Positions 37,465 to 50,539 of a stretch of 64,000 nucleotides of DNA are shown piece by piece. The stretch comes from Nageia nagi (taxonomy: Eukaryota; Plantae; Pinophyta): assembly GCA_050084985.1 (NCBI GenBank), contig JBITNC010000001.1, positions 158,906,001 through 158,970,000 of the forward strand, given 5' to 3'. The stretch's first letter is position 1. Every line of letters starts with the position of its first letter. The notes under the pieces are model-generated. The model did not search any database and had not been told where the DNA came from. It was given only the letters and a program-made list of their open reading frames with translations. A program made the translations under genes and the position numbers.

Positions 37465-39275
37465 TTGATAATAAGGGTAAATTATATTATTAAAAAATGA
37501 TGAAGGGGTTTTGTTTGGACCTTAACAAAAATTGGTCACAAAAGGGTTTCCAAAATAAGAAATTGTTACCCAGCTATACCTAGTGGTAGCTAACATAACT
37601 TGCCAACAAAAAAACTACTAACAAAACAAGTTCAAATGCTACCCAACTATAACTTGTTGGTAGCACTGATGTAACCTACTCTATCAATTTTACTACTAGA
37701 AAATCATCAAACTGTAACCGAAATGCATCTGAATTATAGTTGAGATACATAACCCAATTGCATCTCCATTGCAAGAATGTTTTTAATCTAGAAATCCTTT
37801 GTTCAGCCCAAAGGTGGACTAATTCTTATTGATCTGATGTAGAGTTAGTTGTTTTCCATTTGCTATATCATGTTCGATGAGTTTCTCTCTAGTCTCTCCC
37901 TAGGATGGTCTCCCCACATGTCTTTGTTCGACATTTGTTGTCTTTCTATAGTTAAGTATATGTTTTGTGGGACTCCTCTATCTAGGCCTTCTTGTTATTG
38001 TGTTGTTGTTGTTTGACTATCAGCAATCCTTGCTTTTTTCACTCTTATAATTCTTTATCCCTCTTCCCCTACCATAACTTCCATATTTATTGTCTCATTA
38101 TCTGAACATTCTGATTGGTAACTTGTTGCTTCTTTGTCCTTTCCATCTAAAATCACTAACAATGCATAAGGGTTTGTTGTGGTTGTTTCCTTTCGTTAGA
38201 CTTCCTTTAGAGTTGATTATTTTTCTATTATGGTTCACTTTGTTTGTACTCTGACCGTATTTTTCCCTTCATTCTTTCAATTTTTGCATGATTTTTATTT
38301 ATGAAATGTCTTCCACCCTTTCTCTTATTATTTATCTTAAGTATCCTTTTCTTGCTTTTCTTTTTCCCTCCTTTCTTCATCCTTCTTCTTTTCTGGGTAG
38401 TTCATTGCATAATGCTCATAACTCTTACAAATTCCACATTATACTAGCAAGTTTTCATACACAATTAGTTGCATCCATTCTCTTCCATCTTCTCTTTTTA
38501 ATTTTATCTCTTTCTTCAAGGGTTTGGAAATATCTAAATTGATCACAAATTTTATATCTATAAATTTAAGTGTCAATCTTGTTTCTCTCTCAATTATGAT
38601 AAGGGATCCAATTGCTTTCATAATTCTAGCTATTACACATGGGTGCCAATATGATGAGTGTAGTCTAAGAAGTGAGACCCATGTTGGAATGAGATTGAAG
38701 TTTTCAGTTTCAGGGGAGAAACTTTACTTCCATCACTTGATAACTAATCCTTTCTTCCCAAGGAACAATGGACCCATTTCTATCACTTTTTGTAGGTCTT
38801 CATCAAATTGGAATTTGAATAATAAGAATTCTCTTTATATCACAATTAGGGAAGCCTGACCCTTTTGTGCATCATCTTGCCTTCATCCAACTTTGAATCA
38901 TATCCAAAGGGGGTCGTACCCCAACAAAGCCACCAACAAGGGTTGGTTTTAGCACATCCTCTTCCTTTTCTGTTATACTTTTTGGAATTATTATACTAAC
39001 CTTATCTTCAAAGAATTCTGGTTCTAGTGCCATCTTGATCGCTTCATCTATGAATGGTTTTTCTTGCATCAAAATGCTTTTCCATTCCTTGGAGGCTTTG
39101 GCTCAAGTCACAAATGTGACTTGTTCATCTTGTTTTGGATGTTGTTTGACTGTATTTCGACAAGATTACAACTTTACTAAGTTGTAATTTGTTTAATAAC
39201 AACCTCCCACACTTTTGAACTAATTCACTCACACTTTTGTTGCTCCTCATTCGCACTTTTGTTACTTTTCACTAT
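37465..39275 (-). mobile_element. ORF1-only L1-type element (HAL1-like), 1.8 kb, with 16-bp TSD
   Basis: TSD AATTAATACCATAATT at 37449-37464 and 39276-39291. Minus-strand 3' end CTTATTATCAA running into the A's of the TSD. ORF1 DUF4283-type LVGGFVGVRPPLDMIQSW..FLLFKFQFDEDLQKVIEMGPLFLGKKGLVIK..PTWV..AIGSLI..LDISKPL..QLIVYENL with a decayed CCHC knuckle CGICKSYEH. No endonuclease or RT between the TSDs. Confidence 0.82.
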
Positions 39276-41379
39276 AATTAATACCATAATTAAATATAAT
39301 ATTTTATATTTTTTAATTAAGATATTATGCTTATATACCATACACTTCATAAACATCTAAAGAATCAATTGAACTTATTCAAAAGATTGAATAATTAAAT
39401 ACTCCATTTGATATAGATGTAGTTATCATTCATTAATGTAAATGAAAATTATTACACTATTCACACTTAAAAGTTTAATATTATTTAATTTATTCCAAAG
39501 ATACAATAACTACAAGGTTTGAAATTACTTTAACATGTTCAAAAGATACAATCATTAAACATTATATTGAACTTGAACTTTGTCAATACATCAACTTCAT
39601 ATTATTTCATCTTGCATAAAAAAAGACTCGTCCTTTTAAATTGATCTTTTTATTATTTATTCATACTTATGTATCAAATGAAGGCTAAATTCTAACATTT
39701 TATTTAAAATATATATATATATATATATATTTAATTTTTAATTAATTTATATTACCATTTAAATTTCTTAAATCTAACTAAAATAACTCACAAACTACAA
39801 TACTCTAAATCACCCAACATTATATAGAATTTATATATTTATTTTTTTATATAAATAAAAAACATCACAATCTAAAAAAAAAAGTAAAGCATGCATTATA
39901 AATACTATAATTATCTACTTCTATGATAAAGAAGGATAGCTCTTTTTGATTCACAATATAGTTGAAGTACTATAAAATTTTACAATTTAGTTAAAGTACT
40001 AATACCTATTCTGTGGCTATTCTCAAGTCCTACAATTGCCAACAACCTGCATTTTGAAAGTATTTTCATACTTGATATGCATTTAGTCCTCCAAAAAATA
40101 ATCAATAGACATGTTTTTGTTTTGATAAATATTAAAAAAGATGACCCATAAATTACCACAATATCACTTTTGAAGTCTAAACATAAGGTCATGCTCATCA
40201 AATAAACAATAAAAGGTTTAAAACTATTAACATCGAGATCATAAACTAAAAATAATGGCATACTACAATACAATAAGAAATATGGTGTACCACCAACATT
40301 GACAAGGATTGATCAATTTGTGATCTTCTTGCTCTTATTTTCTTAGGATAGAGAGGAGAGGACTACTGTGATGAGTGATACTTAAGGTCCTTGTGAAATG
40401 GAGAGCTCTGATGTTGCGATAGATGGATATAAATTTTATGAGCTGAAATAAAGCTTTTTTAGCCTTTATGGAGCTAAAATAAAGCTTTCTTGCCTTTGGC
40501 TTCATGCATTCAATGATGGTAATAATTCCTTGATACAATTGTTGGAAACTAGTAATGGTTGTTGGTAACTTATATTTTTTAAATCTTCTTTAAATGTTAT
40601 TGCTAAGTGGTTAGTGGTGAGAGTGTGGCAAGTGGTGAAAGTGTCCTCATCTATATTGCTACGAATTACGATGCTAATTAGCATTATTCCCACTTTCACT
40701 TTGTTGCACTTGCTTAATGTTGGTTAGCTCATTGCAAAATAATTACTAGCTATTTCAACCTTGTGCAATAGCTACATCGTAGATTAATAATTGTGCTCTT
40801 TGATTTTAAGTGTTATTTTTTTATTAAAAGAGATACCATAATAAAAATATTTAATAAATATGTATTTAATTAATAAATAAATAAGTTTCTAACAAGTCAT
40901 TCAAAAATTCAATTATTTTCTAATAAGGAAACAAAAATTAAGTACCTTAGAAGTGACCAAGTTGAAATCTTTGTCTTGGACATTATTTTCTTTCCCCCCC
41001 AGTTTGATCTTTTATCCTCAATAATTTCCCCCTCCTCCTCTTCATCTGTAGAAACCCTTATGGTAGGTTAGCACAAGAAGTTGCTCTTCCACCAGACCTG
41101 ATCGCTTTATGGAGCCATGGAGTTGCCTAGTGATAGTGCAACGACTTATCTCTAAAATGCATACAACCAACAGTAGATTCAAGATATCTTGAAAAAAATG
41201 AAAATAGAAACTACAAAAGAAAACTCTTGAGAGAATGAGGTACACCTGCTAGTAGTATTCTACTCTTTTGTAGGCAATTTAGCAAACAGATGGAAGGAGA
41301 GATGGAGTTGAGATTAAAAATGGTAAGAGGAAAGTTAAATAATCGATGTAAAAGTGGTGTGATGCAATGGTTAATGTGT

Positions 41380-41571
41380 TGATGGTGATGGTGATGGTGA
41401 TGGTGATGGTGATGGTGATGGTGATGGTGATGGTGATGGTGATGGTGATGGTGATGGTGATGGTGATGGTGATGGTGATGGTGATGGTGATGGTGATGGT
41501 GATGGTGATGGTGATGGTGATGGTGATGGTGATGGTGATGGTGATGGTGATGGTGATGGTGATGGTGATGG
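41380..41571. repeat. Perfect hexanucleotide microsatellite (TGATGG)32
   Basis: 192 bp without interruption; produces the poly-His and poly-MV ORFs in the track. Confidence 0.97.
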
Positions 41572-42138
41572 CTAGAGGGGCACTCTGCTAGCAAGGGTAT
41601 ATTTTACACCTCATTGATTTTACTATCTGTGTAGAAATGGAAGCCATCATACTATTTTTCAACTTAATTGTTGAGGGAAAGTATGTGGCATCTCATCCAA
41701 TTTGCACTTGATGTGTTCTAAGGTTCCAATGCCCAAAAAGTGAGTGATAGTAATATTAATTATGGTTTGAAATTAACAAACTTGGACTGCATGCAAGACT
41801 TTTACATTGCTCACTCCTTTCATTAATCTTAATAAAGCTAAGAGATAAGTAGACATCAATGTTGTTCTACTCTCTTTATGCCAAAGTACCTTGTTACTTG
41901 TAAACCCACAAATAATTTATTATTCATTGAATGTTCTTTGTTTACTTCAAATATTTCTCCTTTCAATTTTTCGATTCGTATTCTTCCTTCTCCAGCTCTT
42001 TACTCTAAAATAGCAGACGATTCCTAAAAAATGATGTCAACAATCAACAACATTATATATTTGTACAAATATTTAATATCAACACTTTTTTGAAAAATGA
42101 AATGATGGAATGATGAAATCGGTTCGCATTAATTTGCA

Positions 42139-43400
42139 TCACTAATAATCCCCGTAAGAACATTCTCTGCATTTGAAATGAAGAAATCGATTCGAATACC
42201 TTGTAACAATGTTGCTTGCAACATTCCTAGGGATAAACTTGGTTGCAAAATTGTAGTCATTATATAGTTGAAGGTTTCACAACCTTAGTAATGTTTCTAG
42301 TGGAGTCTTTAATAACTTGAACACAATTACCAACTTTTCTAAGCAATTCTTTATCTTCAGCTTCCATATCAATCAATGTAGGTATTGTATTTAGAAATAT
42401 AATCTGCTACCTTAATCTAACTTGGTAGTTTCTTCAAATCATCATAGATCTCGTGTGTTCAATCTATCTCCCATAACAAAAGCATGAATACTCTATCAAC
42501 TTTAATCTAAATACATCTAAGAGTCTTCTTATTTCCTTTCTCTTTCATTAATGTCCTTACTCAGAACATCATCCATGCTGCCCACTTTAGCAAAAATATT
42601 TGGAAGGAGAACATATGATGGAGTATATTTAGTCTCCAACAAAAATAATTATTTCTATGCAATCCTTGTTCCTAGATTCATAAGTGGTGTACACATACTA
42701 AGAAGACATTGTTGTGCACCCTATTTGGTGTACACGTACAATATTTACAATAAGAGTCGCTACAACACCCATCTACTAGTCCTGCTTGGATATTTATAAG
42801 TAGAACACAAACATGTTATGCTATTTGCACAACTATTTGCAACCACTCTTTGAGGGATTTCTACACCTTCTTCTAGAATTCCCATCATGGCATATGTTGG
42901 AAGGATACGAAAAAGGTTGCAAGGTTGGGCTTTACTCTTGAAAATTGTACCTACCTAAAAGTCTCTTGTGTTATCCATATTTTATGATCGCTACATGTCG
43001 TGCTCGGTTGTAACTATTGCATGCATCTCATCAAATAACTCATATGCATTCTCTATGTTTCGCATTTTGTGTACACATCTACTAGTGTACTCACCATTAC
43101 AACATCTAATCCACATTTAAAGATCCTTTGGAGTGGGCTTTGACAGTGTTGGGAAAGGTGGATAGGAGATTCTCCAACAACCCAACCACAATGCTAACTT
43201 TCCATGCTCCTAGCAAAGTAGCTATCCTTAGCCCCCACATAATGCTAATAGACACATGGCGTAATAAATTGATGCTCCAAAGAATTTGCATAATCGTATG
43301 TGGTCTAAAAATGATTGACAATCATCAATTCAACATTATGCATTCTCCCTCTCCAAACAAATGCCTACGATATAAATATAACTCTCCCAAGTGAGTAACC
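42139..43400 (-). pseudogene. PLS-class PPR-E-DYW (RNA-editing factor) pseudogene
   Basis: Minus-strand pieces in the correct order: VVMVSTLVDVYTKC, RVKPNLATF, AGLVD, E motif SYVLLPNIFAKVGSMDDV, PG box MKEKGNKKTLRCI*IKV..FVMGDR, CLEKLVIVFKLLKT, and NLQLYNDYNFATKFIPRNVASNIVTRYSNRFLHFKCRECSYGDY followed by TAG TGA (42144-42139). 5' boundary approximate. Confidence 0.88.
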
Positions 43401-43949
43401 AACTATCATTATCAAATATAACTAATTTGTATTCCAAAATAATGCATACACATATACAAAGGAAGCCTAAACATATACGTTATGTATATAAAATCAAACA
43501 TTAGTATACTAAAATTAATTTAACAACTTATGCGCATACAAAAAAATATAAACAAGTTAAAAGTAAAAAGCAAGAGAAATAATACAGAATTATATTGAAG
43601 AAATCTTACGTTATTGAATACAAAATATGGAAAATATAATCCAATGCATGCAAGTGCTTTTGAATTAAACGGTCATTCTTTTATCACACAAAACCTATGT
43701 CCACAACTCGTTAGAAACCTGTGGGCAAGTAACTAGCAACGAGCTAAAGGAAAATATGAATACATGGCAAGAAGAGCAAGAGTAGAGACTATGGTGTCAA
43801 TATTTAATAAGGTTGATGATGACATATGAAATAAGTACAAACCAATATTTTCCCTTACCTCTCTTATTATTTGAAAATTTGAGGTCGATATTCATAGCGT
43901 TGGTAGGTTCTCTGCTCTTACTTTGATCCAGCTAGTGATTCCATCACAT

Positions 43950-44650
43950 TTCAGTTAGGGAGTTACATATGTAGAATGTTGGTCACTATATTTTGGGAAG
44001 AACAACTCTATAAGGTAGAGAAAAGGGGGTTGAAGATATATGGCCACAATAAAGCAACTACTCATCTCAAAGCTAGAAGATAAGATTAATCACCTAGGAA
44101 TATACATCATTTGCTTACCAAGAAGAATACAATTTGTATTGACTTGAAACCATTACATTCCCAAACCAAACATTGAATTCATACTTATGTGGTCCTCAAA
44201 TAAATGATATTGATGGGTTGCAACAGTATTTGTAATAGATAAGAAGGAAATGGAAGACCCACAATGTTGGCAATTTAGGATTTGGGCTTGGTGGAGGCCG
44301 CATAGACATGAGCCCCCTCTTCCACAAATTATGACGTGGACTCTTTGCATTAGGAAATGCTAGGAAGAGCCCCTTCCCAAAGTGCAATGGAAGTGCCCTC
44401 CCTAGGCCATCGGCCTTATTGATCACCCATTGACCCCTCCCAGGTAAGTATACTTTCATGCTTCTCCTCCCCTCCCATTTATCATCTCTTCTCTTTCCCT
44501 CTACCTCGGAACTCCTGCATGTGGGATCATCATCCAACCTTCTGTTCAATGTAAGCATGAACAAATATTCATAGCTACCTAGTGGATTCTTCAATGGTGC
44601 CATCCCATTTAAGATGATATTAAGTTTATGATATAATAGCTTTAACAAAA
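43950..44650 (+). mobile_element. Possible very old LINE ORF1 remnant
   Basis: Weak phrases KINHLGIYI, NTICIDLK and CNSICNR*EGNG in ORF1 order; higher GC than the flanks. Confidence 0.3.
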
Positions 44651-45070
44651 TTTGCACTGCATTGCATTTTATACTATAATTGCCCTAAATATTCTTACCC
44701 AAACCATGAAACTTTGTAGATGGATGAAATACATAAATCATTTTTGAATCTCATTTTGTCATATTGTATTATGTTAATTGGCTCAATTTTATTTATTAAT
44801 CAATTTAAATAATAAATACCATACATTCCTTTTATAATATAGAAAGAAAACCTTCACTATATTATAATATATTTTTTCCCTAATAATTTAAATAAAAAAT
44901 AAAATATTATACATCTCTTTAATTATGTTTACAAAATTTTATATATGATTTAGATGTCAACAAAATTGTGAACAAAATTTTATATGGAGGATAAATCTCA
45001 AGCATCAATGCTTCATTATAAATGGTAACTTAGAATCATTCATATTGTTTTGAGGATAGAGAGTATTGCT

Positions 45071-45073
<3 letters not shown>

Positions 45074-45138
<65 letters not shown>
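45074..45138. repeat. (AT)n microsatellite
   Basis: About 32 AT units. Confidence 0.95.
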
Positions 45139-45140
<2 letters not shown>

Positions 45141-46207
45141 TTTGTTTTTTCTTAATTTAAGGTGTTGTAGGCTATCCTAGATTCAAAGGTATATAAAGGT
45201 ATAATATAGCACTTCAACTAGATAAGGAACATGTTTAGGAAATGAATTATATTTTAATCCTATATTGATTTTCTCCTTAGAGAATAATTAATCATATGCA
45301 TACATGTTATTTTTATCACATATGGTAATATAGATTTTAAAAAGATATAAAATCCATTGTATGTTTAGTATTTATGTGCAATCATATTATAATATATATA
45401 TTTAAAAATATTTATATTTAGCTTAAGATAGTTAATATGAAAATTACAATTAACTAATTATATCAATAAAAATTTTTTATAAAAATCTAATAATTCGTTA
45501 TCACATTAATAATTTAATATTTCTATATTATAACATTTGATGGTTGATTACAAGTAGTATTTTTATTTTTCTTTATGCATATCTCACTACTCATATTACG
45601 AGAAAATGATGAAAATTAAAAAATCTCATATAATTAACATAGTTACTTCCTCCTCAAATTGATATATTCATCAAAGAATTGATATTTATTTCACATATCT
45701 CACATAATAACAAGGTTGTCATTCTTTAATTCCTAATATCTCTCCATACAATGTTATTCAAAGGTGTAAATGAATAATGGATGATATGTTATAATATGGA
45801 AAGAATTGAATATATTTTAATAAATTAATTATAGTCATCCTGTTTTTATATGGTCATAATAATCATCTTGTTTATTATACTATTATATTGTAATATTTAT
45901 TTTTAATAATAATCTATCTTCTAGATAGGTAACATTGTTGTCATACATTATGCTTTTATAATCTTTATTATACTTCAAAATATATTACAAACCATATTAA
46001 TAAATATAGATATGGAGTTTAAACTTATTAAATATAAAAATTTATTATCAAGAGAAGTAATTTATCAAATGCAATTTTTTCACTTTGTGCATACATTATG
46101 AAAATAAATATCTTTTGAGAACTTCATCTCTTTCTATCAACAAGAGTTAAATTATGTGTTATGAATGTCATGGATAAGTAAAATTAAAATATTTGAATGT
46201 CTTCATT

Positions 46208-46423
46208 GAAAACTTTTCTTTATGAAGAATTGTAATAAGAGATTATATGAATGCTAAAATTTATTAGTTTATATTTAAATCTTATTGTACATATTTTTGT
46301 AGGTTATTCTACTCTGAAAACTTTTCTTTATTAAGAATTGTAATAAGAGATTATATGAATTCTAAAATTTATTAGTTTATATTTAAATCTTATTATACAT
46401 ATTTTTGTAGGTTATTCTACTCT
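46208..46423. repeat. Recent tandem duplication, 2 x 108 bp
   Basis: 46208-46315 versus 46316-46423; three substitutions seen. Confidence 0.93.
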
Positions 46424-48653
46424 AATTACAAAATAATCATCAAAGCATTCTAAAAAGTATTAATAATTATATTAAGTAAAAAAATCAAATCTTTTGTAAT
46501 GAAAAATATCAATTAGAAATTATAATTACCTAGATAATTATAATAGCTTAACATAATACTTTATGATTACATTATAATGCATGTCTTAATTTTATTGTTA
46601 GTTTGATAAAGTTGTATAAATTTTATACATTTTTCTTTCCCATATCAATTATACTTGAAGAAATGTGATGTTATTTTCTTGCACAACCCTCTAAATTTTG
46701 CAACTCATAATGATTGAGGGAGCAATCCATCATATTTTACTGGCATACAAAGATAAAGCAACATATTTATGATTTTTAATACATTTCAATAGTTATAATA
46801 TAATTTATATCCATTATGATGTTATGTGGATTGTCCTTATGCATTATTAAGAGGATATATCATATGTGGATACTTTATTTTATTATTATATTTTCTACTA
46901 ATATGATTACAAATTACTATAGTAAAATAACATGCAAATACCATATTATCAAAATGAATACATGAAAATTTCATATTCTAATGTAATAGTTGAAATTTAT
47001 AATATTATAAGAAACTTTCAATTCATAAATATTTAACTATGCATTTGTTTACTATAAATTTTATGTATGATTTAAAAAATAAATACTTATCTGTAATCTC
47101 TAAAAACTAATGAATATAAATTATTTATCAATTATTGAAAATCCTATAAATTCTTTGTATGTATAATCTTAACAATTTACATGATAATAAAATAAATAAT
47201 AATAATTTAAAAAATCTAAAATAATAATAATAATAATAATAAGGATAATAATGTAAGCATAATAATTCAAAATTAATTGTGAAACATTATCTTGATTTAT
47301 AGAGACATTTTGAGAAGAAAATAAAAAAGTATATCTTTATGCACATATCAATATTTTTTTATTTTCAAAAGTATGAAAGAATAATGATTGTTGTTAAATT
47401 ATAAGTTACTAGTTATAATAGTAAAATACAAGTATGTAGTATTAGTAAAAATATTTTATCAAACATAATAATTCTAAATTGATTGAAATGATTGTGAAAA
47501 TAAATATTTATTGTAAATATAATCTTCTTGCAATCATAAGACATTAATTATGTGTTTGCACCTACAGGAATTGTAATCTAATTAAAATAAATAAATAAAT
47601 TCTTCACAAGAAAGAATATTGCATTCAATCAAATAAAAGTTAAAGTAAATAATAAGACAAATGTTGAATACACTTTTTTTAGATATATCATTAGAAAATA
47701 AAATAACATCCACATAAGAAATATTAAAATTCAAATTCAAATGTTATATTCAATCAAATAAAAAATAGTATATACAATAATAACAAATGAAATTAAATAA
47801 TAATATATTAACTGAAAGTATTCAATAAAAATATGTTCATATCTATTTCAAAGTATGATATTGAACTATCATTTTTTTAAAGATCATATTTATAATTGAT
47901 AATACATGTTATTATGGTAAATTTATTTTTAATATTATTTAATTCATTAAATATTTGTTATAATTTTTTTTATATTAGATAAGATGTCTTATTTATCAAT
48001 TAAATGATTAGTTAAAAGATATGGTATGATAATATGCAACATTAGTATAATGACAGCACACGTTGCCATGTAAAATAAAATTAAAAATTAAATCCAAAGG
48101 CTAAAAACTATTTCATAGTCGACCTGCTCTCTAGTAAATTCTCAGCCTTTGATTTGAAAATGAGCTTCCAAAGCTTAAAGGAGGATGCCTACAGCGTAAC
48201 TAAAAAAATGACAGTCATTTTTTAAATGAACCCTTTTAATAAAATTTTAAAAATTATTTCATCTTTCCCCTTTGATTGTTATTTTAAATTTAAATTTGTC
48301 AAATGAAAAATGTCTTTTTACGATCCTTAGAATTGACAAAAATAAAAAAAAGTATATTAATGTCCACAAGAGACCAACAATGGTCTATGGGAAAACTCTA
48401 GTAGGCCAATACATAGCATGTATGTCTTATAGTGAGAATCAAACATGGGACACAAGTTACAGTAAACTCAACACATAATTAACTCAACCAAAAACCAAGA
48501 CATCCATGATACATAAAATAACTTTGAAAAAGGTTGAAGAATTGATATTTGCGCCCTGATTTCAAGGCTAAAAAGTAAGTGTCATTGATTTTGACCTCGC
48601 ATGTGGTATGTAAAGGTTCGAAAGTTTAAAAGGCGAAAGGGGGAATAAGGGAC

Positions 48654-49634
48654 TGTAATGTCCCATTTTAGTTTAGTTTTATAATTATTAGTTAGGAGTG
48701 TTTTATTTTGTTTGTAAGTTGTGTTATGTCTTATTTTGATAAAGTGAATAAAGAATTAGAAAATAAAATCACTTAAGTAATAGAATTTAGCATGTGCTCA
48801 AATGGCTTTTTAAGTTATGATCTTATGGTGGAGATTTAATTTCAAAATCTAACGGTGGAGAATTATTAAGTCTAAGATCAAATCTACACCCTTCATCATT
48901 TTTAAATCAAATCTAATGGCTGGGATATGTTTGGTCATTAGGGTTGCAAAATATAAGAAGAGAGTTAGCCATTTACAAAAGGAAGTTTTTTGGAGAATTT
49001 GGAAATTGGGAGAGCTTTGCTCTTTTGGGCTCTTGCATTTTGCCGTAGGAGATTATTGGAGTTCCCTTTGGAGAGATCAATTGGAGGCTTTAGGGTTAGG
49101 CCCTAGGCTATCTACCCAGTTTTGCTAACAAATCCATTCAGGGTTTGTGTTTGGGCTGATTTGTTGAAGTGGACTACATCTCTTAGATATGCCATTAGTG
49201 GCAAAGTTGGAGCAACAATGTGAAGGGTTTTTGCCCTAGTTTCAAGGTTTATCATTGGAGCTTAATTGCAATTTAGGGTTTGTGGTATAGTTTTTGGAAT
49301 TCAAAATTCAAGGTTTATGTGGAGTTTATTTTCATATTTCAATGGGTTTTCAGTCCAGAAAGATTTTGGAGAGGTTCGTCTATTTTGGGAATTTATTTGC
49401 AGAGTTTTTAGAGCCAGTTGTTCCCTAGAAAGGGACATCTAGCTTGGAAAGCTTCTTTTACAAATTTGAGCACCTTTTTTAGTACCCTTTTGGCTTAACT
49501 TTGTATTCACTATTTCAGAAAATATAATAAAATTTATGTGTTGTGTTGTGGCTATCTTAGGGTTTTGTGATATTTTCTTAAAATTATTTACATATCTCAT
49601 TTTGTTAGCAAATAATTACATTAGGGTTATTTCA
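48654..49634 (+). mobile_element. Solo LTR (981 bp)
   Basis: TGTAATGTCCC...GGGTTATTTCA with perfect 5-bp TSD GGGAC (48649-48653, 49635-49639). TATA-like AAATATAAG near 48950. Confidence 0.88.
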
Positions 49635-50539
49635 GGGACCCACATGTGGGTGGACAAAATTCTTGAAAGGGAATTCATTGTCAATGATTTTAAAACTACA
49701 TAACTTGCGAACTTATGGATTTCAAAGTGTGCAGATCTTTAGAGAGGAATAGTTTGGTGTGGATGATATAGGATTCAAGATTATGAACAACACCCTAACA
49801 TCGTTTATCACAGGTAACAAACCATGAACGAGATAACAAATGCATCAATTGAGCCTACAACCAATCGCTTTCACTAAACAATCACATCTCCTACATGCGA
49901 ACATTTTCTCCAATGAAAGTTATAAAAAATATGACTATGAAAATTGCTAGGTCGCAAGATTTGCCCCAAGATGGCCACAAAATCTATGCTCGAATATTTA
50001 GTTCAAATGAACATTGGCATCAATAAGCCTGATGGAGGAAGCTAAACAATAGGAATACATGTCGCAATGTCGCTCAAGAACAGTTGTCACTCACGATAAT
50101 CACTCACATTCACTCACTCTCCAAACACAAATGCGTAGTCACTCATTCTCCAATGTCTAAGAATGGCATTGAAGTTGTAAACCTTTACAAAAGACTAAAG
50201 AAGAGATCCTTAGTAGCAGATTGTAACATACGCCAAACATTGTTAGAAAACCATAAATCATAAGACAAGAAAGTCTAAAATGTTAGTATTCAACCTACGA
50301 TCATTTTCATTTGTTATCTTGATATGTATATTAATGACTATTTTGTTTGAAGTTTCATTTTATCCATTGCCTTACGAATAGTAGGTGTGTCCCTTGATGA
50401 TCCTCCTCTTCAACTACATCTCGTCTTAAGGTTTTCTCCTCCTTTTGGACCTCCAGCATCATCCACTTCATTAACAAAGTTGGCAACCCCTTCAACCTTA
50501 ACAACTACAAAATGATTATAATCGACCACACCCTATAGG

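Noticed and set aside
39980-40780. Coding-like stretch between the LINE and the microsatellite
   Set aside because: Frequent stops in the frames I translated and no motif I could assign.
41211-41594. Poly-His (minus) and poly-MV (plus) ORFs as real proteins
   Set aside because: Both come from a hexamer microsatellite that lacks stops in those frames; no domain or exon structure supports them.
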